DNA of 59,665 nt from Seison nebaliae (taxonomy: Eukaryota), in the NCBI GenBank assembly GCA_023231475.1, contig JALJEE010002881.1, positions 1-59,665 on the forward strand, written 5' to 3'. The notes beneath the pieces were generated by a model. It was not told where the DNA came from, searched no databases, and worked only from the letters and a program-made list of their open reading frames with translations. The translations under genes were made by a program, and so were the position numbers. Each line of letters starts with the position of its first letter. Positions within the stretch are counted from its first letter, which is position 1. This document shows positions 37,847-49,220 of the stretch, piece by piece.

Positions 37847-38479
37847 TTATTTTTTTCGTCGTTTCTCGTCTTGTTCTCGTTTCCAATTGTTGTAATTGGC
37901 ATTCTTTAAAAAATTCTGACGTTGCACATAACTAGAAAGAAAAGAGGAATGAACAAATAAATATAATAAACTATTGAACCTGTCTTTTCCTTTAATAAAA
38001 TTATCGAGATCAGAATGCAGTTTTTCCTCCACCACATACTTCTCCCAATCCAATCTCGATTTCTCTAATAAAGTTAATTTGGGTTTATATTCTAATCGTT
38101 TCACTAATCTCTCCAATCCTCTCTTTAATTTCGGAATATTCTTAATTTTTTCGATATGATTACAATTCTCTCTAATCAGTTCGATTTGTTTCGATGGAAT
38201 TTTTCTTTTTGGTTCATCCACCACTTCAACCACAACCGATTCACCAGCAAATTCGAAAGTTTTCTTTATTTTCTTCACTGGTGTCGGTGCTGCTCCATCA
38301 TTGGCAGTCGGTGAAATAGGAGTTTGAAATTCCTCCCACAACTTATCCACATCGATCACCTTCTTTTCTGATTCATTATTCTCCACTCCATTTTCTTCAC
38401 CATCCTCACTTTCACTACTCTCCTCTTCTGGGATATAATCCTCGTCATCTGAAGATGCATCGATTTCGAGAATTGACAT
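37847..38479 (-). CDS. CFDP1: Craniofacial development protein 1 / Swc5 (BCNT-C domain), one in-frame intron
   Basis: Acidic SSDDEDYIPEE, DKLWEEF, FEFAGESV and KLTLLEKSRLDWEKY. GKDSYVQRQNFL is restored after removing the 48-nt intron 37932-37979. Confidence 0.92.
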   Translation of the reverse strand: MSILEIDASSDDEDYIPEEESSESEDGEENGVENNESEKKVIDVDKLWEEFQTPISPTANDGAAPTPVKKIKKTFEFAGESVVVEVVDEPKRKIPSKQIELIRENCNHIEKIKNIPKLKRGLERLVKRLEYKPKLTLLEKSRLDWEKYVVEEKLHSDLDNFIKGKDRFNSLLYLFVHSSFLSSYVQRQNFLKNANYNNWKREQDEKRRKK

Positions 38480-39270
38480 ACCAGTCCAAAGGAACGTTAG
38501 TCAAATTCTCTCGAATTAATATAATAATAATTCTCATTTTCCTTCAGCTTACCTGTCAAATTGAGTCTTCCGATTTTTAATGGAAGAAGAAGGTGTAAAA
38601 CATTTTCATCATTTCAATTCATCTAATTCAAATTCTTCTTTACTATATTCGATAATACTCAATTTATTTTAGTTTGGTCTATATCGGATCTTTATTGTAC
38701 TATATCTTATGTCAAATACAACTTCAAAAAACATAAAAAGAAACTCCTAATTTACAAGGTCAGTTAATTTAAGTTTAAACTTCACAACACAATGCAAATC
38801 ATATTGATTATTATTTGTTCAACAAACATTAAAAGATAAGTAATCGTAGTAACATAAAGTGGAATTATTATTTATAAATTATTTTTAGTTTACCAAAAAA
38901 AATACTTATAAATAACTTTGTGAAAAATTATTGATTTATGCACATTCATTATCTTCTGATCTGTATTTCCTCAAACTTTTCAGTAACTACCTGTTTGCAT
39001 TGATTTGTTCCATAAGATTAATATCATAAATTTATTATAAATATTTTATAAGGAAATAATTTATAGTTTAGTTAATGAAACATTTGATTAATTTAGAGTT
39101 TGTTTATGAATGAGAGAGAAGTTTTTATTAGATGTGAGATAAGTCTGATAGAATTAAAAAGAAGTTGAGTCAATTGGAACTTTAGAAAAAGTGATTAATA
39201 AGATGAGTTCATTTGAAAATTTAGCTTTAATGGAGAGAAAGTGGAAGAAAAGTTATGTTTTTGTCCTACA

Positions 39271-39882
39271 ATGAATTCGAGTAATTCTTCATCGAGTGGA
39301 GACACTCTTTCGTACAATGACGATTCGTGTGATACGGATGATGATGGAGGCAGTACATCCGAAGATAAAATAAAGACGATTTTGGAGAAACAACTTCGTA
39401 TCGATCGTTCAGTGGACAAATTCCTTAAGAAACGAATGGAAGCAACGAGGAGTTTAATGCCAAACGATTTCAAATCATTTGATCTGCCACTAGCTAGAAT
39501 AAAAAAGATTATGAAATTGGACGAACAAGTTCAAATGATTTCAGCAGATGTTCCCGTCCTTTTAACGAAAGCATTAGAAATGTTCGTCGGAGAATTAGCC
39601 GCTCGTTCTTGGATTTCGACAGAACAAGGACGTCGTCGAACTCTACAGAGACCTGACGTTTCTGCTGGTGTATCTCAAACGGATATGTTTGACTTTCTCA
39701 TCGATATCGTTCCAAGAGATAATCGACATCCTGGTCCTGCCTATCCCAATGGAATGACGAGTGTTGATGGAATCAATTATCAGGAAATAGTCCAATGTCC
39801 CCCAGCAACTACCACATCGTCCGCTTTACCTCCTGAAGAGAGTGCACAACCTAAAATAATCAAATATCTTGTAGATGACTAA
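39271..39882 (+). CDS. NFYC: Nuclear transcription factor Y subunit gamma (histone fold), intronless
   Basis: LPLARIKKIMKLDEQVQMISADVP..RRRTLQRPDV..DMFDFLIDIVPR; first in-frame ATG 39271. Confidence 0.93.
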   Translation: MNSSNSSSSGDTLSYNDDSCDTDDDGGSTSEDKIKTILEKQLRIDRSVDKFLKKRMEATRSLMPNDFKSFDLPLARIKKIMKLDEQVQMISADVPVLLTKALEMFVGELAARSWISTEQGRRRTLQRPDVSAGVSQTDMFDFLIDIVPRDNRHPGPAYPNGMTSVDGINYQEIVQCPPATTTSSALPPEESAQPKIIKYLVDD

Positions 39883-41152
39883 TTATTATAAATAATTTTA
39901 TATATTTTATATTTTTATGAAGATATTATTATATTCATCTTTTTAAAAAATCAGTATCACATATTCAAACATTATAACTAATTATATTTTAATAAACATT
40001 AATAATTTAATTTTTTCTTTCAATTTCTTAAAAATTTCAATTTTTATACTTTTTTTTAATTTTTTATAAAACTTCTTAGAATTTCCTCCTTTTTCAATTA
40101 TTTACAAAAATTTTTGAGTTTTTTCCAATTCTTTTAAATTTTCCTGTTTCTCTATTTTTTCCCCAACTTTTTAAAAATTTAAAATTTTAAACTTTTTTCA
40201 GTTTTTTACAAAAATTTTTGAGTTTTTCTACTATTACTCATTTTTTCGTTCCAAAAACTTTATATTAAAATTTCAATTTTTACAAGAATTTTTCAAGTTT
40301 TCACTTTATTGAAATTAGAAGGAAAATGGAATGATTATTCTAAAAGTGCATAAATTATAAGAGATGTATAATGTCATTTGCTTTTGTATAGTAGTGGAGA
40401 GGTTAGTAAAAATAGTTGGGATTTTCTTTAGATATTCTCCGTAGCTTGTAAAGTGGTTGAATGGAATAGTTTGAATGAAAATTAAAGAGAAATTTGGTTT
40501 ATTTTCGGAAATTGGGGAGAGAAGGGATTGACAGAAATTAGAGTTTTGTTAAATTAGAATTTGGGATAATGCATTCTCCAGTGCACCAAGGACGAAAACA
40601 AACTTTTCTGACATCGTATATGACAATTGGGAGGCACACGTAAAAGTGGAAGAGAAGGAGGAGGAGGAGAAAGAGAGAAAGAGATATATGAAATGAAATA
40701 AAGAGAATGAAGTAGAGAGTAGATGGAAGAATCGTGCATAACTAGTCATGAGGAAGAAAGAAATAGAATAAAATGAAACGAGACTTTCTTCCGTCAACCA
40801 AATGAAAATTGTCGTTTTTACATGAATCTTGTACCAATCATATAATTGGAATGATTCATTATTTAATTTGAGTTATTCTTATGAAATTTTATGAATCACC
40901 ATTCGCTTCCATGTGAGAATGAGTGTATCGACATATTATTTCGTAAGGATTCCCTCTATAGATGTTTTTCTTAGAAAGACAATGGACATTCGGTATGAAG
41001 ATGATGAAGGGCATGATGGAAACTGATGGGAAATGGATTGGAAATGATCGTTCTGATGTGATACAGGAAAATAAACGACGAGAAATAGATGAAAAGGAGA
41101 ATGTTTAAATTTTAATTAAAATTCTCCTTTCGTGTTTCCTATAAATAAATAG

Positions 41153-41180
41153 TATCATCATCATCATCATCATCATCATC
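41153..41180. repeat. (ATC)n microsatellite
   Basis: tatcatcatcatcatcatcatcatcatc. Confidence 0.85.
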
Positions 41181-42056
41181 GTTATTCCTCTTATATATCG
41201 CGACGTTATTTTTATGTTCTCCACTAGAATGATGTTTGTTTGTATTTTATCTGAATGGAATAAACGAAGTATGCGTATCTGATGAGATATTGTCGACGCA
41301 ATACAACTGTCGCCAAGCTACTCACTCTGTGTTTAGTCAGTCACTTAAGGAATTTACAGTGACATGGATTTTATGGATGAGTAGGTGAAAGAAAGAGGAA
41401 TATTATATGTGTTGAGTATTGATATTAATCGATAACAGATTCAATTAGCTGTTCGAGAAATATGATATTTATTCGACATGTTCCAAATATCTGAACAATT
41501 CTTTTTTGTTCACGTCTGTCTCGATGGATAGATGGATGGATGGATCGATCGGTTCACATCTCTACATCATATTCGACACATAAAATCTATCTATATTTTG
41601 GTGATGATTTAAATGATTTATTCGATTCTTCTTTCCCATTCACAAATTTAATTTAATTTCTTTCTTTTACTCATCGTAACAGTTGACCTGTTTTGTTGTG
41701 TATTATGTTGTAACGACAATAACGGTAGATTATCCTCTTTTATTCAGTCGTTTTGACTGATGGACATTGGGGAGGGCATGTGGGATGGGGAGTAGATAAT
41801 GATCGAGAATATTTTCATTTACTTACATCTAATCCATTTTCTTGCATTCAATACTCAACATATTCTTCTCCATTATCTTCATCAGTTCTCATTTTTTTCG
41901 TTGAAAAGTTTTGACGAGTTGAGAGACGAAAAGAAAAAGAGAAAAATCGAATTTTCTCAATAAATTTCTTCCATTTTTTCTTTTTCGTACGAGACAGATA
42001 TGTGAATAATTTATAATTAGTTCAAATAGAAAAATTGAAGGAAATCTCATTGCAGA

Positions 42057-45000
42057 ATGAATTCAATTCGTTTCTTTTCTCATTTCGGTCAACATGATCT
42101 CGACAAAGAACTTGAACAACTACTCGAAGTGCACAACATTGAGCCGAATACGGTCAAGAAAATTAGTAGTCGTCCCATGGATGTAATTCTGCAACGATTC
42201 GATTATTGTCTGGTTGAGACTCAAATCTGGCCATTTTTATTTCAACTACTTTCAAATATTCTTCATCGATTCGCCCATCGATTACGCATACCAACAGTTG
42301 AACGTTTGTCTGATATTGCCATTACGAAAGATGGTCATTTAAAATTCGTCAATTTATCTACATTTACTTCCGTTTGTAGAGACGAAACACTCGCTATGCT
42401 AAATGTAAGTTTAGGGAGACACTTATCAAATCTAATTTACATATTAATTAATAATGATGATGCTGATCGTCCGATTTCGATTGCAATAGAACAATTGATA
42501 ACTCTCTTAATCTCTGATTATGATGGACGACTTGACGAGATTCTGATAAATGATATTTACAAAGACAATCTCATCTGTTTTTCAACCGATGCTGATTATG
42601 AATTTTTTAGAGAAAATTTCCCATTATACTCCAAACTCTATCAGGCACTTCAAGTTCGTATTTTCTATCAAATCCATTTGATTCATCTTTTATTGAAATA
42701 GATTTGTGAGGACCAATTCAATGTGAAATGTTTATTTGAGGAGAAGTTGTTCGAATATGCGAAGGAGAAATGTCGGGAATTGTATGAAGAGGTCGTCGAA
42801 GTGGAATGTTATTTACATCAGATTGAAGGTCATTTACAGTCGCTCGATAATCAGAATAAAGTTTTCCGTTCACAAACCGATCGAATAAATTGGGTGAGTA
42901 ACTTCTTCATTCTCTAAATTGTTTCACGTTCCCTTCCGTTAAATCATTCAGGTGAAGAAATGGTTGTATGTAATGAGAGAGTTGAGGAATGGTATTTGTT
43001 TGAAACATGTGCCGTCAGACATCCTCCCCAATTTATTGAAAGAGGCATCAACATCAAATGATGATTTGCCAATTTCTTGTGCAAACATTTTGAATACTCA
43101 TGAGAAGTTGTTGTATGAAATTCAAAGTGGGAAAAGGAATTTGAAGAAAATTCATCCACCTCCAACATCATCGCCAATAGAAGTAGCGTCTGGAGAAATA
43201 TCAACAAATAATAAAACGGAAAAGAATGATGAGATTATTGTCAATTTGCCAATAGCTCGTCAATCTCATCATCGATATGATCATCTCGATCATTCGGTAT
43301 TGAAACAAACGGCAAAAGTAATTTTTGAATTTAAACAGAATTTGCCAATTCTCAAAAAAGTAATAAAAAAGAATGATGAACAACAACAAGAACAATCGTC
43401 GAATTTGAATCAGAACAATAACAACAATAACGATTTGGAGTTCGAAGACTTTTCCAATACAAAATTATTTATCGATATAATTGAGAATAAGGAGAATGAC
43501 CATCATGAAATGGAAGTGCCACGAACATTATCTCCGAGAAAGCGTTCCATTCTAGACTTCCAACGACATAAAATCATTAACGAGTTTATTGGACGTTTAT
43601 GTTCCGAGCAGTCACATTATACACTTCATGATCGATTAATGTATTCAATACGATCTCATAGTCATCGAGAAATACGGAAAGAAAAACTAAAACATATTTC
43701 GCCGTCATCTCGCATTTCTCCGCCTTCCAATCAACATTGGAATGAAAGAATGAAATGTTCGAAAACAACAGCTGATTTCCGCTCGATAATTGACGAAGGT
43801 GGAAAAGTCAAGGAAAATTCGATTCCGTTACCCGATATCGTATGTGATACGATGAAGATGCGACGACCATTGCGAAGGACAGCGACGATGAGTATCAAAC
43901 CGAAACGGATGTTGAAACCCAATAGGAAATTGTTCGATCAATTGAATGATATGATTATTGATAATGAATTGAAGGAGAATGTGAATGAATTAAGTGAGAC
44001 GAATAAGAAGTTATTGGATCGATTATTGGCATATGGTATTGAAAAGGAGAATATTTTGAATGAAACGAATTGGATGAATCAGCACAATAGTTATTTTTGC
44101 TTATTCCGTCAAATCTTCCGAAAAATTCTTTCAAACTTCATTTACTTATAATTCTCTCTCAAACAAATTCTCATATGGAAAATTTTAATTGAATAAAAAA
44201 TTTATGATCTCATTTCTCTTTCTTTTGTCGTTTAGATTTGGATGGTGTTCTGCCAATCTCCAAACCTTGTCCTCTCCTCATTGACAACCAGTCGAAGAAA
44301 CATAAATTTGATGAATGTTTCATCGACCATCGATATGATCAATCGCCCACCAGTATCAATTCATTTGTCGTAATTCCCAATTCTGTTATCGATCGACAAA
44401 GTCGTCGAGACAATTGGAACAATGAGCTACAACACCAACAACAATTGGACAATTCATTCGATAAATATCAATTACCTTCATCGAAAGAGATTGTCGCCGG
44501 TTTGTTACATCATGCAGGTTATGTGACGGTGGAGGATTTGGCACAAGTTTCATAATTATATTCATTTCTCATTCAAATTCATTCGCCAGAGATTGGAACG
44601 AAGTAATGATGTTGATGAATCGAAAATGCTCAGTCTCGCTGAATTGAAACATATCCGAAAAGTATTGACGATAGCGGAGAAGGATTCACTTTTATTTGAT
44701 ATCGATCTACATTCGGATGTGCAGAAAGGTCGCATCTGTTTCACTTGTCGTAAAACGAGATTTGGTTTAATTATTCCTTGGAAATTCTCCTGCTATTTGT
44801 GTGAACAGAACGTTTGTAAGAAATGCATCGACAAAGTTCCATTTTTATTTTTATTTTCCTTTCCATTTCTTCATCTTCTTCCACAACAGATATGTATTCC
44901 ATTAAATGATAATGATCATAATCAGTCGATCGTTGATCTATCCGATTTGTTATTAGATGGGAAACTCAATAAACATTTGACAGAGAAACATCTTCTTTGG

Positions 45001-45654
45001 TCGATTTATTGTAAATACGAAGAGTTGAAATCGGTGAACCAGTTGCTCGTTTCTGAACCGATCATGGATGATATTTATTCACTACAATCTGTTTTCACTA
45101 CCAGATCTAACATGAGAACCATTTCCTCGTCATCTTCCAAATCCAGTACAACAAGAAAATCATCAACATCAACAATCAATGAATCGAAATCGTCAACAAT
45201 CTTCTCTCCATCTCAAATACGTTTAGTTGATTGTTGTACTGATTGTCTTCGAATGGTCATTGCCATGTTAACCTCGTCCATTACTCGACAATTGGAACAT
45301 AAGAAAATTGAACTTAAGTTAAATAATCATTTGAAATCATTATCCAATTCGAATTCGGATGAATTCCCACAGAACACTATCGCCATCACCAACATAAATA
45401 CATCTACTATTCTACCATTAAATTCTTTCGGTGGCTCATCCTCCTCAAATACAAACAACTCCGACAGTCAAGATAACTTATTGTTATTCAACCAAAATAA
45501 ACCACAAAATAATTTATATCTCGATCGAACTGAATTGACGAAAGAGAAGTTGGAATTGGAGAATAAATTACGACAATGTATCAAGAAGTTGGAGGAAGGG
45601 AAACCTAATTTAAAATTAGATGCGTGCACTCTCCACACAGCGTCGGAATGTTAA
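42057..45654 (+). CDS. SPIRE: Spire actin nucleator (KIND, WH2 repeats, Spir-box, FYVE-like), 5 introns
   Basis: KIND (VILQRFDYCLVETQIWP), WVKKWLYVMRELRNGICLKHV, HEKLLYEIQS..LKKI, LHDRLMYSIRS, Spir-box LSLAELKHIRKVLTIAE, and KGRICFTCRKTRF..CYLCEQNVCKKC..DCCTDC. Introns 42654-42701, 42894-42951, 44090-44235, 44547-44589 and 44836-44889. Confidence 0.9.
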
Positions 45655-45906
45655 AGGAGAAATGTAATTGTAAATTTTTTTTCAGTTTAATCTTTATCAG
45701 TGTGAGAAGAATTGGTTGAAAATTATAAAAATAAAGTTTCATTTCGGTTTCAACTTAATCGTTCGTTACTACTTAGCGACCACTTAATGGTTCGTTCGGT
45801 TAGAAGTGAATAAAAGCAGGAAAGAGAAAGTGAAAATGTTGAACAATTTTATTTTCGGAACAAATTCTTTTCTTCTTTCTCAATTTATTTTTTTTCGTTT
45901 CCTTCA

Positions 45907-47327
45907 ATGCTTCGACTTTTCGGTTTTGCTGGAATTATCCTTCTCTATTTCATATTTGGCGGTATTTGGACACCATTCTATAGTCAGAATTATATAATCT
46001 ATAATCGCTATGCTCAACTTTCACCATTCCTTCAATTAAGTTTTCATACTTTAACATCGTTTTCTGTTTAACCGTTTTTTTTTCAGAGAACGGTGATCGT
46101 AATCAATTCCTTCTACTCTCAACATTATTACCGAAAAAATCGATCGTACATCCGATCAGTTGGAAAGAGAATTTGAAAGAGGACGAATACTTCACTCGAT
46201 TCCAGTACAATTTACGACAGTTCTATCTCATTCTCTTTCATGTCGTTGTGGAATTTGAATCGATGGATTTCGATTTAACCGTTCGATCAACTGGTGAATT
46301 GAAGATTAAAAGTATCTCAGATAGTTTCCGTTTGAAAGAGAATGAGCAATCATCGATACTGCCCATGTTCCCATCAGTATGTGTCAGTTTTATAGAGAGA
46401 ATGATTAGCGATTCATTGAACAGTGTGAGTGGAAGTAGTTTTTGGGAATTGATTTATCAACCTGCCGTTTACAATACGGCTAAATTGAATAATTTGTACC
46501 GTATCTGTCATGAACATCTCCATGATGTGGTCGGTAATTTCTCAGACAAACGGAAAATGATGTTAGAAGAGCATTGGGAAATGAAATTTTACAATTCCGA
46601 ACAAGACAATAATGAAGAAACGGATAAAGAACTGAAGTGTACGACACATCGTCGTATGGTAGAATTTCTGAATAAGAAACGTCGTGCTACGGTCAACATT
46701 CGTCAATTGGGAACACGATTCCTGGATATTAACGAAAAAGAGGATATGTTTCAAGGAGATACTATACAAATCCACTATAAATATCCATTTGATTACTCGA
46801 ACTTTTTGCATAAGGTCGGTAATCTCATATTGTTGTTATCGGCATCGGATTATAGTCAGAAACAATCATTTTTTCACAATTTCCCATTTTTGGCATCGTA
46901 TTTCCGAATTCCCATTAAACCGTTATTACCAATAGATGAAATAGAAACTGAATATAAATTACTAATTCTCAAATGTCAATATGCGGCGAATGAAGTTGAA
47001 CAGGAATTACATTATATTTCACGTTCCACTCCACTTTATGAAAATGGTCCAAATGAAACCTCATTCGATTATATTCGTTATCAGATGCGTCAGAATCCTA
47101 ATGAAGATTGGAAGTCATTTCTTTTCATTTATACTCATCTTTTTATCGGGAGAACGATTTATTCAGAAAATTTCATATATCTCCTCAAATTGGCTTCGAT
47201 ACCAATCTACTTTTTATCTTTCGCTCTGTTGCTCTGTATCCTTCTCGAATTCAATTTGCACATGCATTATCGAAATACGTTACGAATGACCTTCCGCCAT
47301 CTAATCGTCTTTTTCACCGTACAATAG
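45907..47327 (+). CDS. Uncharacterised membrane protein (weak by-eye resemblance to membralin/TMEM259), 1 intron
   Basis: Exon 45907-46039 (MLRLFGFAGIILLYFIFGGIW..) splices via GTTTTC..CAG (46040-46086) in frame into the 46173-47327 ORF. The C-terminal segment IYFLSFALLLCILL is hydrophobic. Confidence 0.7.
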
Positions 47328-48241
47328 AAGATGGATAATAATCAAGTTAGCCATTTGTCGCACCTTCTCCAAATCCAAAAGCCAGAAATGACCACCAGGC
47401 ATCACATGAGCCTGAAATGAAAATCGACTGAATTTCACCCAATCTAAAAATAAAATTTTTTAAATAAACATTTTAATTTATGAACCGTTCATATGTGTCA
47501 CTTCATCTTCCTTCTCTCCATTAATTGTCATAATATGATTTATCTGATGAAAATTATCATTTATGATTTTATATTTCTCCAATAACACATAATCTTTCCG
47601 TGCTGGTTCCAACAGCAAAGCCATCGGAATTTTTTCGTCAATAAACATGCTCAATGGATTATCATCAAAATTCATTAAGAAATCGATTAAATCTCGTTCT
47701 TTCATTTGACTGATTTGGAATTGGTAGGAATATCGTGAATAATTCTAGAAAAAATTACATAATTTAAATGAAAATTAATAAAAAAAGATGAAGGAGGAAA
47801 CTTGGGGAGCGAACGTACTGGAAAGTATAAGTAGTTTCGGTTCGATTAATCGACTAATTTCATACGCTACGAAAGCGCCAAAACTATGACCGAATATTAA
47901 TAAATTATTCCATTTAACCGTCTCCTTCAACCTTTGGACGGTTTTCATGGCTAATTCTGAAATTGATCTTTCTACATCCTCATTCATTCGATTTTCACGA
48001 TTTCCATAACGAATGGCGATAACTAACATCGGTTGTTAATGAGATAATTTAATTATAATTGAAATGTTGAAAATAAAAATAAACTATCGATGTTGAATGA
48101 TGAAAATATTTTTGACCATTTCATGAAAACAGACGAACCGGCTCCCGACCAAGGACAACAAATTAACAAATTTTCAATTTTAACATTTGTTCGGGAGAAT
48201 TTTGGATTTTGGAAGAAGTTTAAGCGAGATGTCATTTTCAT
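47301..48241 (-). CDS. Type II thioesterase (OLAH/GrsT-like alpha/beta hydrolase), 3 introns
   Basis: CPWSGAGSSVFMKW, IRYGNRENRMNE, nucleophile motif FGHSFGAFVAYE, LILSSTFAP, ARKDY, NGEKED, W and MPGGHFWL. Introns 48023-48084, 47745-47801 and 47444-47485. Confidence 0.9.
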
Positions 48242-48480
48242 GAAGATTTTCTTTTCAGAAGAAAAGACAAGATTTAGTTAAATTTTATTTTAATGTAAAA
48301 AAACAAGGAACACGAAACAATATTCTCAAATGTCAACCGTAATAGAACTGCCCATTAGAAGGCAATGCGTCTAATACGCGTGTGCATGGAAAAATGATGA
48401 AGAAATGAGAGTTCTTTCTCATGAGAATAACTTCACATGTGCTCTTAAAGGAGAATGACTGATATTTATATGTATATAAA

Positions 48481-48522
48481 TGTATGTGTCTGTGTGTATG
48501 TGTGTGTGTGTGTACGTGTATA
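48481..48522. repeat. (TG)n-rich microsatellite
   Basis: tgtatgtgtctgtgtgtatgtgtgtgtgtgtgtacgtgtata. Confidence 0.75.
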
Positions 48523-48598
48523 TGACTAGAATACCGTTCATCATAATCAAAAAGGATTGATGATGATTGACCAAATTGTTGATGAAATGTTTGTGTGT

Positions 48599-49220
48599 TT
48601 AACCTATTCGACTGAGCAACTCCTGTACTTGCATCTCCATTACTAATAGGGAAAGCGTATCAATTAATTCACCAGTTCTTCCACGTTTATCACGTCGAGC
48701 TAGTTTGATAATATCGAGTGCCATCGGATAAAGTTTCCGTACAGTCTCCTCATAATGTTGTTGACGTTGTTGCATTCCATTAATATCTAACGAATGAATC
48801 ATTTCTTTTCGATCACCTTGGTTACGCAATAAGTTACTCGAGAGTGATTGAACTTCTGACGGATTTGGATGTTTAACGAATTCCTTCCGATGATTTAACA
48901 TATTCGGTTGAATTGACGTTCTCTGGTGATGTTGCGGCTGTGAATTTTCTCTTTCGTCATTGATCGATTGGAAAGTTTCGTCTCTTTTACTATTAATATT
49001 ATATGGGCGAACTGAAGTGACTTCCTGGGAAATGAGAAAGAAGATGAAATGAGAGAAAATGAAGAAAGGATAGAACTTTAGTTAACGGTCCACCATTCTG
49101 TAAGCGTACATCCAACAATTCTTCAGGAAATAAAGGTTTGGAGACGATTTGACGAACTGGTAGGGAAGTCAGTATGAGAAGAATTTTCAGGAAGAGTAAT
49201 TGAAATTGACAATGTTTCAT
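48599..49220 (-). CDS. Neuropeptide/prohormone precursor, 189 aa, with a C-terminal amidated peptide; 1 intron
   Basis: Signal peptide MKHCQFQLLFLKILLILTSLPVRQIVS; intron 49025-49076 (GTTCTA..CAG) joins in frame; the protein ends RRDKR-GRTGELIDTLSLLVMEMQVQELLSRI-G-stop. Confidence 0.75.

Noticed and set aside
38490..38560. Canonical-looking CAG|GTAAGC donor and TGACTAAC branch-like motif upstream of CFDP1 (minus strand)
   Set aside because: No AG lies between the branch-like motif and the ATG, and no upstream coding exon fits, so it was not counted as an intron. It may be a 5' UTR feature.
39960..40320. T-rich quasi-repeats (tttacaaaa(a)tttttgagtttttt twice) downstream of NFYC
   Set aside because: Extremely AT-rich low-complexity sequence with no defined unit or termini.
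46173..47327. Second Spire KIND domain or IRE1 kinase/KEN-like similarity
   Set aside because: Only scattered residues match, there are no kinase motifs, and TM segments at both ends do not fit.
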